Below are positions 1 to 10,919 of a stretch of DNA of 64,000 bases, one piece after another; the first letter of the stretch is position 1, and each line of letters starts with the position of its first letter. Both the position numbers and the translations under genes were made by a program. Below the pieces are notes generated by a model. The model saw only the letters and a list, made by a program, of their open reading frames with translations, did no database searches and was not told where the DNA came from. The DNA comes from Williopsis jadinii. Its lineage: Eukaryota. The DNA lies in NCBI GenBank assembly GCA_024346625.1, contig AP024664.1:1054001-1118000 (forward strand), written 5' to 3'.

Positions 1-853
1 CGAATATGTTGGTAGCTGTTTTCGGTTCTCATAAAGTGTACTTTGGAAAACTATATGGACAGCATCTGACTACCAATTAACCTCTGGCATTCACAGAACG
101 CCGTTTGAGGATAATTTCTGATGGCTTTTGATATGGGACCTAAAGCTCTAGGAATGTAGTCAATGGACAACGACACCACCACGCCACATGCGGAGATAAC
201 TCATCACTTCCCCATGCTAACGACCAATGGTCCCTTTTAGGGGCCTTTTTGCTTGGAGTTGAAGGTAGGAGAGAACTTTCAGCCTTCCTTTCACTTGTAA
301 TTCACATCCAAACATTTCCTACGAGAGCCTGGCGGTTCTTTGGGGTTTTCGTAACTAGTGGCGAAAACAAACGAAAAACTCAATCCGCAAAATCCCGGAA
401 TTAGGCAATAAATTCGCGCAAATTATTCGTTAGCTTGTGCGCAAAAACCGAAAGTGAACAACCCACAAAAAACACAGCAGGAAGGGAAACGCCGCCGCAA
501 AAATTCAAAAGAGAAAAAAAACATTCACTGTTGAGAAATAAAACATAAACAACAAAAAACTTACAAATACAACACAACTAGTTTTATACTATTATAGCGG
601 CTATTTTCTAAGCGGGCGGTAAGCTTCCAAACTGTTGAGGATTGTTACACCCTAATATCTTCTCATTGATCCCATACCAATATCCCCATATATCACATTT
701 GTTTGTCATTTCATTTCTATTCAGATATTGTGTGATTGGGTATTTACGGAGAAAACAGAAAGTAGGGACAACAGAGAATACACTACTGATTGGTTGGGCG
801 CGGTAACGTGTGTATATATACACATACACAGCATTATACATACATCCTAGCCG

Positions 854-3800
854 ATGTCTGGTTACAGAGGCCAGCGGCCTGGTGCTTCGAGCCGGCCGGG
901 TTCGATAGGCTCTACAGGTTCATCCTATGATGGGTTTTCAAGGCATCGTTATTCGGAACAACAACATTCTTCTCAGCAAAGCTCACAACAGCCCGGTGGG
1001 TCATCATCAGGGTCTACTTATAAACCATACTGGCAGTCACGAAGCTCTTCATCCTATGGTAGCTTCAGAGGTGATAACAGAGATTACCGTGAAAGAGACA
1101 GAGACAGGGACAGTAGGGAGAGAGATGTAAGGGATAGAGATGTAAGGGATAGAGAAGTTAGGGACCGGGAAAGGGTACCGTCGCAGTCAGAGAGGTATGG
1201 TGCACCACGTAGAGGTGGTTATTATTCATCAATTGCATATTCTGGGAGGAATAGGGATCCTTATTTCTCAAGGAGTCAACCTCCAAGAAGGGGATATAAC
1301 ACATACAATAATTATTCAGAAAGAAATGGAGGCAATCCCAATTACCGTGATAGAAGACAGAGGGAATCTTATGGAAGTAGGTATGGTACCAGCCGTCACT
1401 CCTCCCTGAGCGGACCAGGATTACGAGAAGATGTCGACAACTCTTGGAAAACTGGCCATGATCAACATCACGAATCGGAGTATGATAGAACGTCGAGCGG
1501 CTCTGATTACCAAAGAGCTCCACGACCATCACTGATACCCAAGGACTTTAAGGATGACGTTGATGATGACGAAGAAGAAGATTTGATCTTGGGAAAAGCC
1601 AGTCGTAACAGTTTGTCCACTGAAAATACTGAGACGGTAACGAAGAGAGAAACCAGTGTCCATTCTGATAGTGCACACGAAGCATCAGACAATGCACATG
1701 AAGAATCTCATCAAGAAACTGTGAGCGCTGATGAAGAAGTTGAAGAAAACACAAAGAGTATCACAGAAGGATCAAAGAAGCTCCAAGAAGAGCCAAAGAA
1801 TGTTGAAGAAAAACCGAAGGATGCGGTACAGGGAAAACTTGAAACTGCTGCAGACAATACAACAGAAAAGAGAACCGGAGAGACCACTGATACCAAAACC
1901 TTCGAAAACTCAGATAAACAAATACCGGAGAAGTCCTCAATTCTCGAAGCAGTATCCAATGAACCAGAAACACTCCAACAAGTCAAGTCCTTAGACGATG
2001 AGATAGAAGCGGATCATGTGAGAACCGAAGAGGAGAGAAATGGTGATACTTCAATGCGAGAGGAAAGCGAAGACGAATCTGATTATGACCCAGAAGCAGA
2101 CCACGAAAAGATCGAGAAGGAGCTGCACATTAAGAATGAACCCATCGAGGAATCCAGTGAATCTTCGGTTATGGTTATTGAAAAGGAGGAAACTAAATCA
2201 AATATTGATGTTGAGCCATCTGATATGGATGTGGATTCCAAGAATTTGGCCCTCTCTAAGCCTCTGGATTCAACGTCAATACATCCTTTAAAACAGGAAG
2301 AATCCTTTTGCTTCCCTTTAAGAAGAACGGAACAGCGAGTGTGGGAATTGAAGAACCACTCAAGAGACGAGAGAGTCAAGAGGCTTCCTTATCTTCTAAA
2401 AACTCCGATCAAAAGCTTAAAGGAATTTAGTTTCTATGAGAGAACATTGCTCGTCCATAAGCAGGGCATTTTACCGAAGTTGAGGCAGAAGCTTTCCATT
2501 CTGAAGGGTTCAACCTTTGTTCATAAGATTTCATTGCTGAATGAGTATGCTCATAGAGTTGATGATCACTCTCATAGGCTTGAGGAGATGGATAGACAGT
2601 TGAAGTCATTTTATCCAAATGAAGCACAGGAAGAAGAAGAAAAGTCTAGAATCAACGAATCGCCATCTGAACCGCGCAGACGCTCTCGCCATGCTGATGT
2701 TGTTCGTTCTGAGGCAGAATTTCTCGAGATTTTGGAGAGTTTAGAGAAAGAAAAAGAGCAGGATCCTCTTTACCGTGCCGAACAAGTGGCTGCTAGGATT
2801 CCGGATATGATTCTCGATCCTATTGAGAAAGGTCTGCGCTTTGTCAACACGAACAATAAGGTGGTTGACAAAGAGGCTTGGGCCATGAGAATCAAGACCG
2901 ATCCAGTAGACAACTTCACTCGAGCAGAGCATGAAGCATTTTGTGAAGCTTTTCTATCATTTCCAAAGAGATTTGGTCGCATTTCAAACTCTATGGGTGG
3001 TCTTAGAAGTGCAGAGGAGTGCGTCTTACATTACTACAAAACAAAGAAGTCAGTCACTGATTATAAGCAACTTCTTTCGGCTAAGAAGAAGAGAGGTAAA
3101 AGGGGCGCTAAATCCCGTCGTGGGAAGGCAAAATCAGCAAGCAACACTCCTGTTGTTAGTACACCTAACGAAAGTGCTGATGAAAAGGAACTTCACCTGG
3201 AAAAGTTTGTTCCAAAGGATGTTTCAGATGAATTGTTTACTGATACAGGGCGTCCTCGTCGTGCTGCTGCTCCTGTTTTTGACTCTGAAAAGAAGACCAC
3301 CCCAGACGCTCCAACTATCGATGCAGCAGAAAGCAAGAGACCATTGCAAAGCGAGGAACCGAGTGTTGAGACTGAAGATAAAAGAAAGAAGAAGCAAAGG
3401 GTTTCTAAACCAAAGAGTCGTGTTGTGTTTGTTGGCGAAAGTACGAAAGAAGTCAATGCTAAGGGTAAGAACAGCATTTCAAGTTACTGGAGTGTAAGGG
3501 ATATCGCCTTGTTTACTAAGTTACTACCAGAACTTGGAACAAACTGGTCAGAGATTGCAAGTCGTCTTGGAACAAAGAGCGCAACTATGGTTCGCAACTT
3601 TTACGCAAGAAATGCCGATTCACATGAAACGAGTGAGAGAACACCTACTCACGAACCACAGGTTTCCACGCCGGAACCTGTTGCGATACCAACCTCTACT
3701 ACGGCTCAACACAGAAACCCACCACTTGGATTCTTTACAGCCTCTGCTAATGTTCCAAGCAATGTGAACTTTACCGCTCAACCAATTCAGCCAAAACCTG

Positions 3801-4393
3801 AACCAGAAACGTCTCAATTGCCTGTTGGAAACTCATTTGAAAGGTCAGTTCTGCCTACTGTTAGTACATTTTCAACGTTATCAAACCAATACCAACAGCC
3901 CACGCCACAAGTTCAACAATCACAGCAAGTGTCAAACTCACAAGCTCCACCTCATTTACCACCTCTTATGCCAATGTCTTCGTCGAATTTTGCCCCAGTG
4001 GAAAAACAAGAGGTTGCCAGATCGAATCCATTCTCGATCACCAGCTTGTTGAATCCAACAGAGGTGAGGCAGCTTGCACCATCTCTCCCAGTAACGGGAA
4101 CTTTCAGCCCTGTTCAACAGAAAAAGGCATTCTTCAGTAGCTTTGATGCCACTAGCAACGCGAATGGCGATGGCTTACCTCCTCACCAACAGATACCAGA
4201 ACAATCCTCTTTCAATCCGTTAGACGCACTGGTTGCTGCTGCTGAGAAAAAGACATTTGATGAGATACCTCACCGTGGTCGCTATTACGACCCAACTGCA
4301 GTGTCATCACCTCCAAAACCAAAGCTGCCTGCGTTCAAGAGCTCGTTCAGCTCAAACATTCACAACATGTTAAATGACGATAATGGACAATGA
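854..4393 (+). CDS. SNT1: Set3C histone deacetylase complex subunit Snt1 (two SANT domains)
   Basis: 1179-aa ORF with an RS/RD-rich N-terminus, SANT1 (FTRAEHEAFCEAFLSFPKRFGRIS...ECVLHYYKTKK) and SANT2 (SSYWSVRDIALFTKLLPELGTNWSEIASRLGTKSATMVRNFY). Confidence 0.9.
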   Translation: MSGYRGQRPGASSRPGSIGSTGSSYDGFSRHRYSEQQHSSQQSSQQPGGSSSGSTYKPYWQSRSSSSYGSFRGDNRDYRERDRDRDSRERDVRDRDVRDREVRDRERVPSQSERYGAPRRGGYYSSIAYSGRNRDPYFSRSQPPRRGYNTYNNYSERNGGNPNYRDRRQRESYGSRYGTSRHSSLSGPGLREDVDNSWKTGHDQHHESEYDRTSSGSDYQRAPRPSLIPKDFKDDVDDDEEEDLILGKASRNSLSTENTETVTKRETSVHSDSAHEASDNAHEESHQETVSADEEVEENTKSITEGSKKLQEEPKNVEEKPKDAVQGKLETAADNTTEKRTGETTDTKTFENSDKQIPEKSSILEAVSNEPETLQQVKSLDDEIEADHVRTEEERNGDTSMREESEDESDYDPEADHEKIEKELHIKNEPIEESSESSVMVIEKEETKSNIDVEPSDMDVDSKNLALSKPLDSTSIHPLKQEESFCFPLRRTEQRVWELKNHSRDERVKRLPYLLKTPIKSLKEFSFYERTLLVHKQGILPKLRQKLSILKGSTFVHKISLLNEYAHRVDDHSHRLEEMDRQLKSFYPNEAQEEEEKSRINESPSEPRRRSRHADVVRSEAEFLEILESLEKEKEQDPLYRAEQVAARIPDMILDPIEKGLRFVNTNNKVVDKEAWAMRIKTDPVDNFTRAEHEAFCEAFLSFPKRFGRISNSMGGLRSAEECVLHYYKTKKSVTDYKQLLSAKKKRGKRGAKSRRGKAKSASNTPVVSTPNESADEKELHLEKFVPKDVSDELFTDTGRPRRAAAPVFDSEKKTTPDAPTIDAAESKRPLQSEEPSVETEDKRKKKQRVSKPKSRVVFVGESTKEVNAKGKNSISSYWSVRDIALFTKLLPELGTNWSEIASRLGTKSATMVRNFYARNADSHETSERTPTHEPQVSTPEPVAIPTSTTAQHRNPPLGFFTASANVPSNVNFTAQPIQPKPEPETSQLPVGNSFERSVLPTVSTFSTLSNQYQQPTPQVQQSQQVSNSQAPPHLPPLMPMSSSNFAPVEKQEVARSNPFSITSLLNPTEVRQLAPSLPVTGTFSPVQQKKAFFSSFDATSNANGDGLPPHQQIPEQSSFNPLDALVAAAEKKTFDEIPHRGRYYDPTAVSSPPKPKLPAFKSSFSSNIHNMLNDDNGQ

Positions 4394-4769
4394 CTGAAGT
4401 TGTGGGTGTGGGAGTGCTTCCCTTGTTTTTATGTTTATGTGATTATCTTTATGAGGAGTTTTAATGATACTGGGTTTCTTTTGAAAAGAAACAGCAGAAT
4501 GATGATTAATTGTATATATGGGTGCCTTGTATTAATACAGATTCAGTTAATATGTTTTTTTATTTTCGAGATCATCGGTAGATCGTCACATTTTGATAGG
4601 GGTATATCATTTGGTGTACGGGTGTTTGATTATCTAATAAGGCAACCTCCGAGAACTTCACCATTGAGAGTTGTTAACATAGGATAGGGTTCACCTGATT
4701 GCTCGGAATCTGACCGTGTGACTTACTGACAGTAAGCCTATTGATATATAGAGGGACATTGAAGAGGAA

Positions 4770-7679
4770 ATGAGTACCCCAATTGATGAGAATGGAGGAG
4801 CTGAAGCTGTTTCCGAGGATGCACCTAGAGCCAATCTACAGGAGGAAGTGGATGGAAACCTCAACCAGGAAATGGATACTGTGGAGGCTGTTGAGGCCAG
4901 AGATAATGGCTTGAAGAGCAGTTATAATGGAGGTAATGGATATACTTCCAATGGAACTCGGGAGGAGGGAAAAGAGGATGACGCTGATGAGGAATGTGAT
5001 CTGAATAAACAAAACAATGTGGCCACCATTGATAAGACAAACGAAGAGTCGAATTCTCACAGTGAAGTGGACAAAGGAGAGTCATCTAAAGATGGCGACA
5101 TTGGAGATCAAGAGGGGTTTGAAAACTCTGAAGAGTATGAATCAGGGGAGGAAGGAGGAGAAGAAGATGATGAAGAAGAAGATGAAGAAGAAGAAGATGA
5201 TGAAGAAGATGAAGAAGAAGAAGATGATGATGTGGACGATGACGATGACGATGAACCACCTATGTTGAAGTACACAAGGATCGACCAACTCCCCAAGACA
5301 TTCTTCACCAAGGAACCTGTCTCTTCAGTTCTAATCCATGAAGCATGCTTTGCATTCGGAACATCATCTGGTCTACTTCATGTTACAGATCAGAACTTCC
5401 AAACAATAGGCACTATACGAGCTCGAAGATCTCCGATTTTATCAATCCATACAGACGGTACACATGTCATTGCTGCATCCATAGATGGCACTGTTTTGAT
5501 GGCAGCTCTCAACGACTTACACTCGACACTGGCTTTTGACTTGAAAACTGCTGTGTACTCTGTTGTGTTCAACAAGAACTACAAAGATACAAAATCGTTC
5601 ATATATGGAACCAAGTCAGGGAAAGTTGTGATGAGTACTACGAATTGGCTGGGTACACGGGCTGAAAGAGTGATTGCCGAAGACAGCGGTCCAATAGTTA
5701 AACTTGAGATGATCAAGAGCATATTGCTTTGGATAAGTGATGATGGGCTGACCTTCTATGACACAAGGACTGATAGAATCATCACGAGATTGAAAAAGAC
5801 AAATACCGATACGCCAGCAGAACTATGCTGGCCAAGAGTCTCATTTCCTGAGAATGGGTTAGTGCTTGTGGGATGGTATAGACATGTCTGGCTTATAAAA
5901 TGCGATGATGGCTCAACATTGGAGTCCAATTTTAAGCTAAGCTCTGCTATGAGTTCTTTCAGCAGACCAGTCGTGGAGCCACATGTGGCAGTGGAATCTG
6001 AAGTTGACATAGATGAGGGCATAATCACTGGGATTGGAAGCTTAAAGGGGGATCTTGTGGTGCTTACTGTCAACGACTTGAAAGTATCTGAACCACCAGA
6101 ACTTCGAATTATCAATTCTGTGACTTTAGAAGAAACGAGCACAGATGAAGTCATTTTGAAGGGATACAAGCAGCTCATTGCCAATGATTTGTTTCTGGGC
6201 GAATTTGCTGGTGCTAAGACTCAATTCTTCATTGTCTGTGCTTCTGACGGAATAGTTGCTGAACAGCTGGATCTCCAGGGCAGGTTTGACTGGTATTTAC
6301 AAAGATCAAGGTACCTCAGTGCCTGGGAAATGAGTGAACATTTGATCTCAAAGGAAATGAGATGTAATATTGGAATCAAGCAAGTTGAAAACTATTTAGA
6401 GGATGATAACTGGCAACAAGCAGCGGAGTTTCTGAGTGAAGTCCTGGAATGCTGCGACCCAGGCTCCTTTGTTATGGAGAAATGGGAGCAATGGTCTTGG
6501 ATCTTTATACACAGCAAGAAAATTCAATTCTTAGCTTCAATTCTTCCAAAGTCTGGCAGTAAGATTCTACCCAAAAGTATCTATAATGAGTGCCTCAAGT
6601 ACTTTCTCGATAACGACGAAGATCTCTTTTTGCACTATACAATTGAGTGGGAGCCTACGATATACGATTACGTTGACATTGAACAAGACGTGGAACAAAT
6701 CTTGGAAATAAGCCCTGATTCACCAGTTATTCGCAGGGCTCTAGCCAATGTGTACATCCGGACTGATGAACCTATCAAGGCAGTACCTCATCTCATACAC
6801 CTCCAAAGCCCACACACGATTGAGCTTTTAGAGAAACACCACTTATTGTCCAAGTTCGTCAATGAAATCCCTGAGATCATCAAATTTACCATTGGGGAAG
6901 ATGAATTTCAGAATGCACCATTGGAAGTTATTGGTGAAGATTTAACACCAATAATCGATCTTCTTGTACAACAGAGGCATGAAATTTCACCTGATCGTCT
7001 TATTTCTCTACTTAAGAGTAACAAACTACAGATTGTTACGTTCTTTTACCTGAAGAATATCGCTGTTGTGGATGCAATCATGTCGGAGGTTTATGAAACG
7101 GAGCTGATGGAGTTATACGCTGAGCTAGTTCCAAACCAACTTCTGGCGTTTTTGAAGAAGGCACAACATTATGACATTGATCTTGCCCTGAGTATTTGCA
7201 GTAAGAAGGAGTTGTATCCCGGGTTGGTGTTTCTACTAGGGAAAGTTGGCCAGACTTCCAAAGCGATGTACCTGATCATTGACAAACTGGACGATCCAGA
7301 TATGGCAATTGAATTTGCTACTACTCATAAGCACCAGAAACTATGGGATATATTCTTAGAGCAAGGTATATCAAAGCCAAGGTTCATCAAAGCAATTCTC
7401 CAGAACACAGGAACGCTGTTCGATGTTAATATCTTGAAGAAAATACCACAGCATGTTGAAATCGAAGGACTGAAGGATTCCCTTGAGCGTATCATGCAGG
7501 ATAACAGACTAGTGAGGGTAATGCACGAGGTTATTCTTTCGATAATTGAAGACGAAGGTAAGGAGAAAGCTCAAGTATTGGACGATTTGAGATGGAGAGG
7601 GAAGTACATCGAGCTGGAGAAATGGTATAAGGATATCATAGTTCTTTCCAACGGGGAGACAAAGAGTCTGGATTCATAA
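4770..7679 (+). CDS. VPS41: HOPS complex subunit Vps41
   Basis: Acidic N-terminus followed by EPPMLKYTRI, a WD-like propeller, and a clathrin-repeat-like C-terminus (YDIDLALSICSKKELYPGLVFLLGKVGQTSKA...DDPDMAIEFA). Confidence 0.93.
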   Translation: MSTPIDENGGAEAVSEDAPRANLQEEVDGNLNQEMDTVEAVEARDNGLKSSYNGGNGYTSNGTREEGKEDDADEECDLNKQNNVATIDKTNEESNSHSEVDKGESSKDGDIGDQEGFENSEEYESGEEGGEEDDEEEDEEEEDDEEDEEEEDDDVDDDDDDEPPMLKYTRIDQLPKTFFTKEPVSSVLIHEACFAFGTSSGLLHVTDQNFQTIGTIRARRSPILSIHTDGTHVIAASIDGTVLMAALNDLHSTLAFDLKTAVYSVVFNKNYKDTKSFIYGTKSGKVVMSTTNWLGTRAERVIAEDSGPIVKLEMIKSILLWISDDGLTFYDTRTDRIITRLKKTNTDTPAELCWPRVSFPENGLVLVGWYRHVWLIKCDDGSTLESNFKLSSAMSSFSRPVVEPHVAVESEVDIDEGIITGIGSLKGDLVVLTVNDLKVSEPPELRIINSVTLEETSTDEVILKGYKQLIANDLFLGEFAGAKTQFFIVCASDGIVAEQLDLQGRFDWYLQRSRYLSAWEMSEHLISKEMRCNIGIKQVENYLEDDNWQQAAEFLSEVLECCDPGSFVMEKWEQWSWIFIHSKKIQFLASILPKSGSKILPKSIYNECLKYFLDNDEDLFLHYTIEWEPTIYDYVDIEQDVEQILEISPDSPVIRRALANVYIRTDEPIKAVPHLIHLQSPHTIELLEKHHLLSKFVNEIPEIIKFTIGEDEFQNAPLEVIGEDLTPIIDLLVQQRHEISPDRLISLLKSNKLQIVTFFYLKNIAVVDAIMSEVYETELMELYAELVPNQLLAFLKKAQHYDIDLALSICSKKELYPGLVFLLGKVGQTSKAMYLIIDKLDDPDMAIEFATTHKHQKLWDIFLEQGISKPRFIKAILQNTGTLFDVNILKKIPQHVEIEGLKDSLERIMQDNRLVRVMHEVILSIIEDEGKEKAQVLDDLRWRGKYIELEKWYKDIIVLSNGETKSLDS
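5150..5255 (+). repeat. GAA/GAT trinucleotide-rich tract encoding poly-Glu/Asp in VPS41
   Basis: Runs such as gaagaagatgatgaagaagaagat are directly visible. Confidence 0.8.
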
Positions 7680-7726
7680 AATGTATTGTGCTATTTACAG
7701 GTTATAATGTTGATCACTCATAATAA

Positions 7727-9391
7727 TCAACCGTCGAGAGCAAGGTCTGGGTTTTCAACACCCATCTGCTTCAACTCAGATGTAAGCTTTTGTTGTAAGA
7801 TATCCTCAATGTTCTTTGTACCAAAGAGATACTGCGATAATCTGTTCAGCTGGAAACTAACATCCAAGATCGTCATTGTCAACACGTATATCGAATATCT
7901 AAAGAGTCTTTCAGCTCTAAGCCATACCGTTAGATGCGTGGTTGGTGCGTTAAGGTAATAACCATTCACGGCTTCCTTCGTGAAGAGGTTAACCCTATTG
8001 ACGGGAGATTTATACCGTTGATTCAGGGTTTGAACCATTCTCATGGTTCTTCCCAAAAATATTAAGGGCAACGGGAACTTCTCCGTGTTTTGGAAGAACT
8101 GTTTGAAGTTATTAGACATGTACCTTTCCCTTTCATATCTTGTCATCTTTGCAAGATTCTCCTTAGTTTTATGGTATGGCTTCAACAGGGCAAATGATCC
8201 AAACATGTCAGATTGGTCTTCACCAATACCCCAGTGAATGGCAATTCTCTTCAGTTCCTTATCATTGAGTTCGAACAAACTCTTCCACAGAGTGCAGTAT
8301 TCATGTCTTAGGGACTGAGACATCTCCACGTACAAACCATGGTCAAGGAGCACCAACTGTTGCTTGCCATTGTGAAATCTTGCGAGGAGATTACCAGGAT
8401 GTGGATCAGAGTGTACGAATCCCCATTGGAAGATCATCCTAGCAAATAGTTTCAAGTAATCATGTATAATCAATGTCGTATTGAACGTCTTTGCCAGTTC
8501 TTCAATCTTGAATAACGGCTCACCATCACACCATTCGGCAACTAGGACCCTCTTAGTACATAGTTCATCGTATGTTTCAGGAACATGGACTCTGCCTTGT
8601 AGGTACGAATCACTGTTGATCAATTGACGGGTTCTTGTAGAGTTCGACAGCTCAATGGTGAAATCCACCTCTTCCTTCAGCCTCTCTGATATATAATCAG
8701 ACATAAAACTGAAGGAAATCTCAAATGCATAGCTAAACACCCTCGTGAACACTCGATATGTCCACAAGTCCATATCGATCTGATTATTGATGTAGTAGTG
8801 CTGGACCTTCACGGCAACCTGATCACCGTTATGCAGTTCTGCACGGTGCACCTGGGCAATACTTGCACTTGCTATTGGTGATTTATCAAAGCTCTTGAAG
8901 GTATCCAGGTAGGACTCACCCAGTTCCTCTTTCAGGATCTTCTCCACATGGAGCCAAGAGTCCTTCTCAGCGGAGTCGTACAGCTTGTTAAATCTCTGCT
9001 GGAATGGCAGAGGTAAGATAGCTGCCTGATTAGCAATGTTCTGCCCCAGTTTAATGTATAAACCTTTGTTTTCCATCAAGAGGTTGAACAAACGTTCCGC
9101 ATTTCTCTCATGGAGAGCATGTATATCCTTACTCTCTTCAAAGTTCATCTTGTAGTCCAGCCCAATGAGTGACAATACATAAAAGGCCTTTGATGTTCTT
9201 TGCAGAACACTATCCCAATAAAGATAATCAACACCAGCAAGTACACCAACTGTGATTGAAGAGCCCAGCAGAAAGTTTCTCAGGCGATGTGTCTCATGTT
9301 TGGGACTCGACGACGTCTGGAGAGCCCGTCTAAACTGCGTGGTAATCCGTGGGCCCCCAACTCTTCGTGTGAGCAATGTTGCCGGTGTCAT
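7727..9391 (-). CDS. MCP2: Mitochondrial ABC1/UbiB-family atypical kinase (Mcp2/ADCK1-like)
   Basis: Motifs GLYIKLGQ, PIASASIAQVHRA, VAVKVQ, FVHSDPHPGN and LLDHGLY; basic presequence-like N-terminus. Confidence 0.8.
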   Translation of the reverse strand: MTPATLLTRRVGGPRITTQFRRALQTSSSPKHETHRLRNFLLGSSITVGVLAGVDYLYWDSVLQRTSKAFYVLSLIGLDYKMNFEESKDIHALHERNAERLFNLLMENKGLYIKLGQNIANQAAILPLPFQQRFNKLYDSAEKDSWLHVEKILKEELGESYLDTFKSFDKSPIASASIAQVHRAELHNGDQVAVKVQHYYINNQIDMDLWTYRVFTRVFSYAFEISFSFMSDYISERLKEEVDFTIELSNSTRTRQLINSDSYLQGRVHVPETYDELCTKRVLVAEWCDGEPLFKIEELAKTFNTTLIIHDYLKLFARMIFQWGFVHSDPHPGNLLARFHNGKQQLVLLDHGLYVEMSQSLRHEYCTLWKSLFELNDKELKRIAIHWGIGEDQSDMFGSFALLKPYHKTKENLAKMTRYERERYMSNNFKQFFQNTEKFPLPLIFLGRTMRMVQTLNQRYKSPVNRVNLFTKEAVNGYYLNAPTTHLTVWLRAERLFRYSIYVLTMTILDVSFQLNRLSQYLFGTKNIEDILQQKLTSELKQMGVENPDLALDG

Positions 9392-9849
9392 ATCTCAGTC
9401 TATGTATCGGACTTGGAGATATAAGCCGATATACGATGATGTGCTTTGCCGTGAAATCTAGTGACAAACCACTGCAATCAACACAAGCAAATCGAAGGTT
9501 GAATGGATGTGTTTCGGAGCGTGATTGGCCTATAAATCTTCCTCAGAGAGTGTGTTATCGGCCTAAAACACCTTCAACGTCGGTGATGAAAGTGATGAAC
9601 AGGCCGGGTTTCGGCTTTACAGATCGGGCTCGGTGATCGGGGTTTAAACACACGCATAAGAAAAAAAGTGTGCAAAATCATCCGAAACCGGAAATACGAC
9701 AAATTCAGGTGTTTCCTGTTTGGGTCATTTCGTTTTTAAGTGCAATTTTTTTTTTCCATGGAATTTTCGCCAAAAAGCAGTGAAAAATTCTTTGGACATA
9801 ACTCGATGAGAGAGAGGTCAATCATCAACAGCTGCTAGCAAAGGAAATC

Positions 9850-10761
9850 ATGGCTGATACCCTTCACATTGTTAGACCAAACTTGCTTTTGTCAAGCACG
9901 ACAACCACACCAGTCTCTGTGACTGTGCAGTCTCCAGCACTCTTCCAACTTGTTGAGTTTTCTCTGCGCTCCCAGGAGAGAATCATCGGTACGCTTGTCG
10001 GTACTCGTTCTGATGAGGATGGTGAGTTGGTTGTCAAGGACGCGTATATCGTTCCTCACACCGAGGAGGATGATATCTTAGAGATCGAGGATGCACAGAA
10101 CAGAGCGTTCTTCAACTTGCACAAGAGAAGCAATCCAAAGGATGTCATTTTGGGTTGGTTCAGCACATCAGATGCCATCGACTCCTTCACGTCTCTGATC
10201 CACGATTTCTACTCAAAGACTGAACAGTATCCACCGATCCACTTGACCATGTCCTCTGTGAGCGAACTGAACAGCGTGCCAAAGATCAACACTTATATTG
10301 CCACAACGGTGGGTGCTTCCTCATCGCTAGCCAATGCCATCAAATTGGAGAAGGAATCAAACTATATCTTCACACCAATCCCTAATAAAGTTGATTTCGG
10401 AGCACAGGAAAAGACAGTATTGAACCAAGCTGCAAAGGTTGTCTTTGGAGAGAGTGATGAAAGCGTTGCTCAATTGGAATCCAAGTCTGTTGACCTTCAA
10501 GTACTTGTTAATGCTGTTAACCAAATCGATTTACTCATCGACACCACCTTAGAATACATTGAGAAAGTAGAACAAGGATCAATTGAGGGTAATGAAGAGT
10601 TTGCCAGACTCCTCTTGAGCTCTTTGAACACAAATGTAAAGTCCTTGAACTTGGAACAGGCCTTCACTTCTCAAATCCAGGACACTTTGATGATTGAATA
10701 CTTGACGTCTTCTATAAAGACTCAACTTGAGTTGTCTGCTAAGCTTGCAACTTTGGCTTAG
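9850..10761 (+). CDS. Translation initiation factor eIF3 subunit f (inactive MPN domain)
   Basis: MPN-type sequence VTVQSPALFQLVEFSLR...RIIGTLVGTRSDED...AYIVPHTE...ILGWFST, and C-terminal FTSQIQDTLMIEYL typical of eIF3f; no JAMM metal motif. Confidence 0.8.
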   Translation: MADTLHIVRPNLLLSSTTTTPVSVTVQSPALFQLVEFSLRSQERIIGTLVGTRSDEDGELVVKDAYIVPHTEEDDILEIEDAQNRAFFNLHKRSNPKDVILGWFSTSDAIDSFTSLIHDFYSKTEQYPPIHLTMSSVSELNSVPKINTYIATTVGASSSLANAIKLEKESNYIFTPIPNKVDFGAQEKTVLNQAAKVVFGESDESVAQLESKSVDLQVLVNAVNQIDLLIDTTLEYIEKVEQGSIEGNEEFARLLLSSLNTNVKSLNLEQAFTSQIQDTLMIEYLTSSIKTQLELSAKLATLA

Positions 10762-10919
10762 GAAGGTTGTAATTATTATGCACCACGTTTCTTACAGAAT
10801 AACGTCGTTGTAGATGTTAGTTTAAAGTAGCGTAGAAAGATATTGTCTTGTTATTTAGGTATACCTCTTTCCCTTTGAAATAGTCTTTTCGTCAAAAGAA
10901 GCGTTAAATGCACTATAAA

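Noticed and set aside
608..853. 77-aa minus ORF or a 5' UTR intron upstream of SNT1
   Set aside because: The ORF is compositionally non-coding, and the candidate splice signals (GTAAGC, TACTGAT) are too weak to call.
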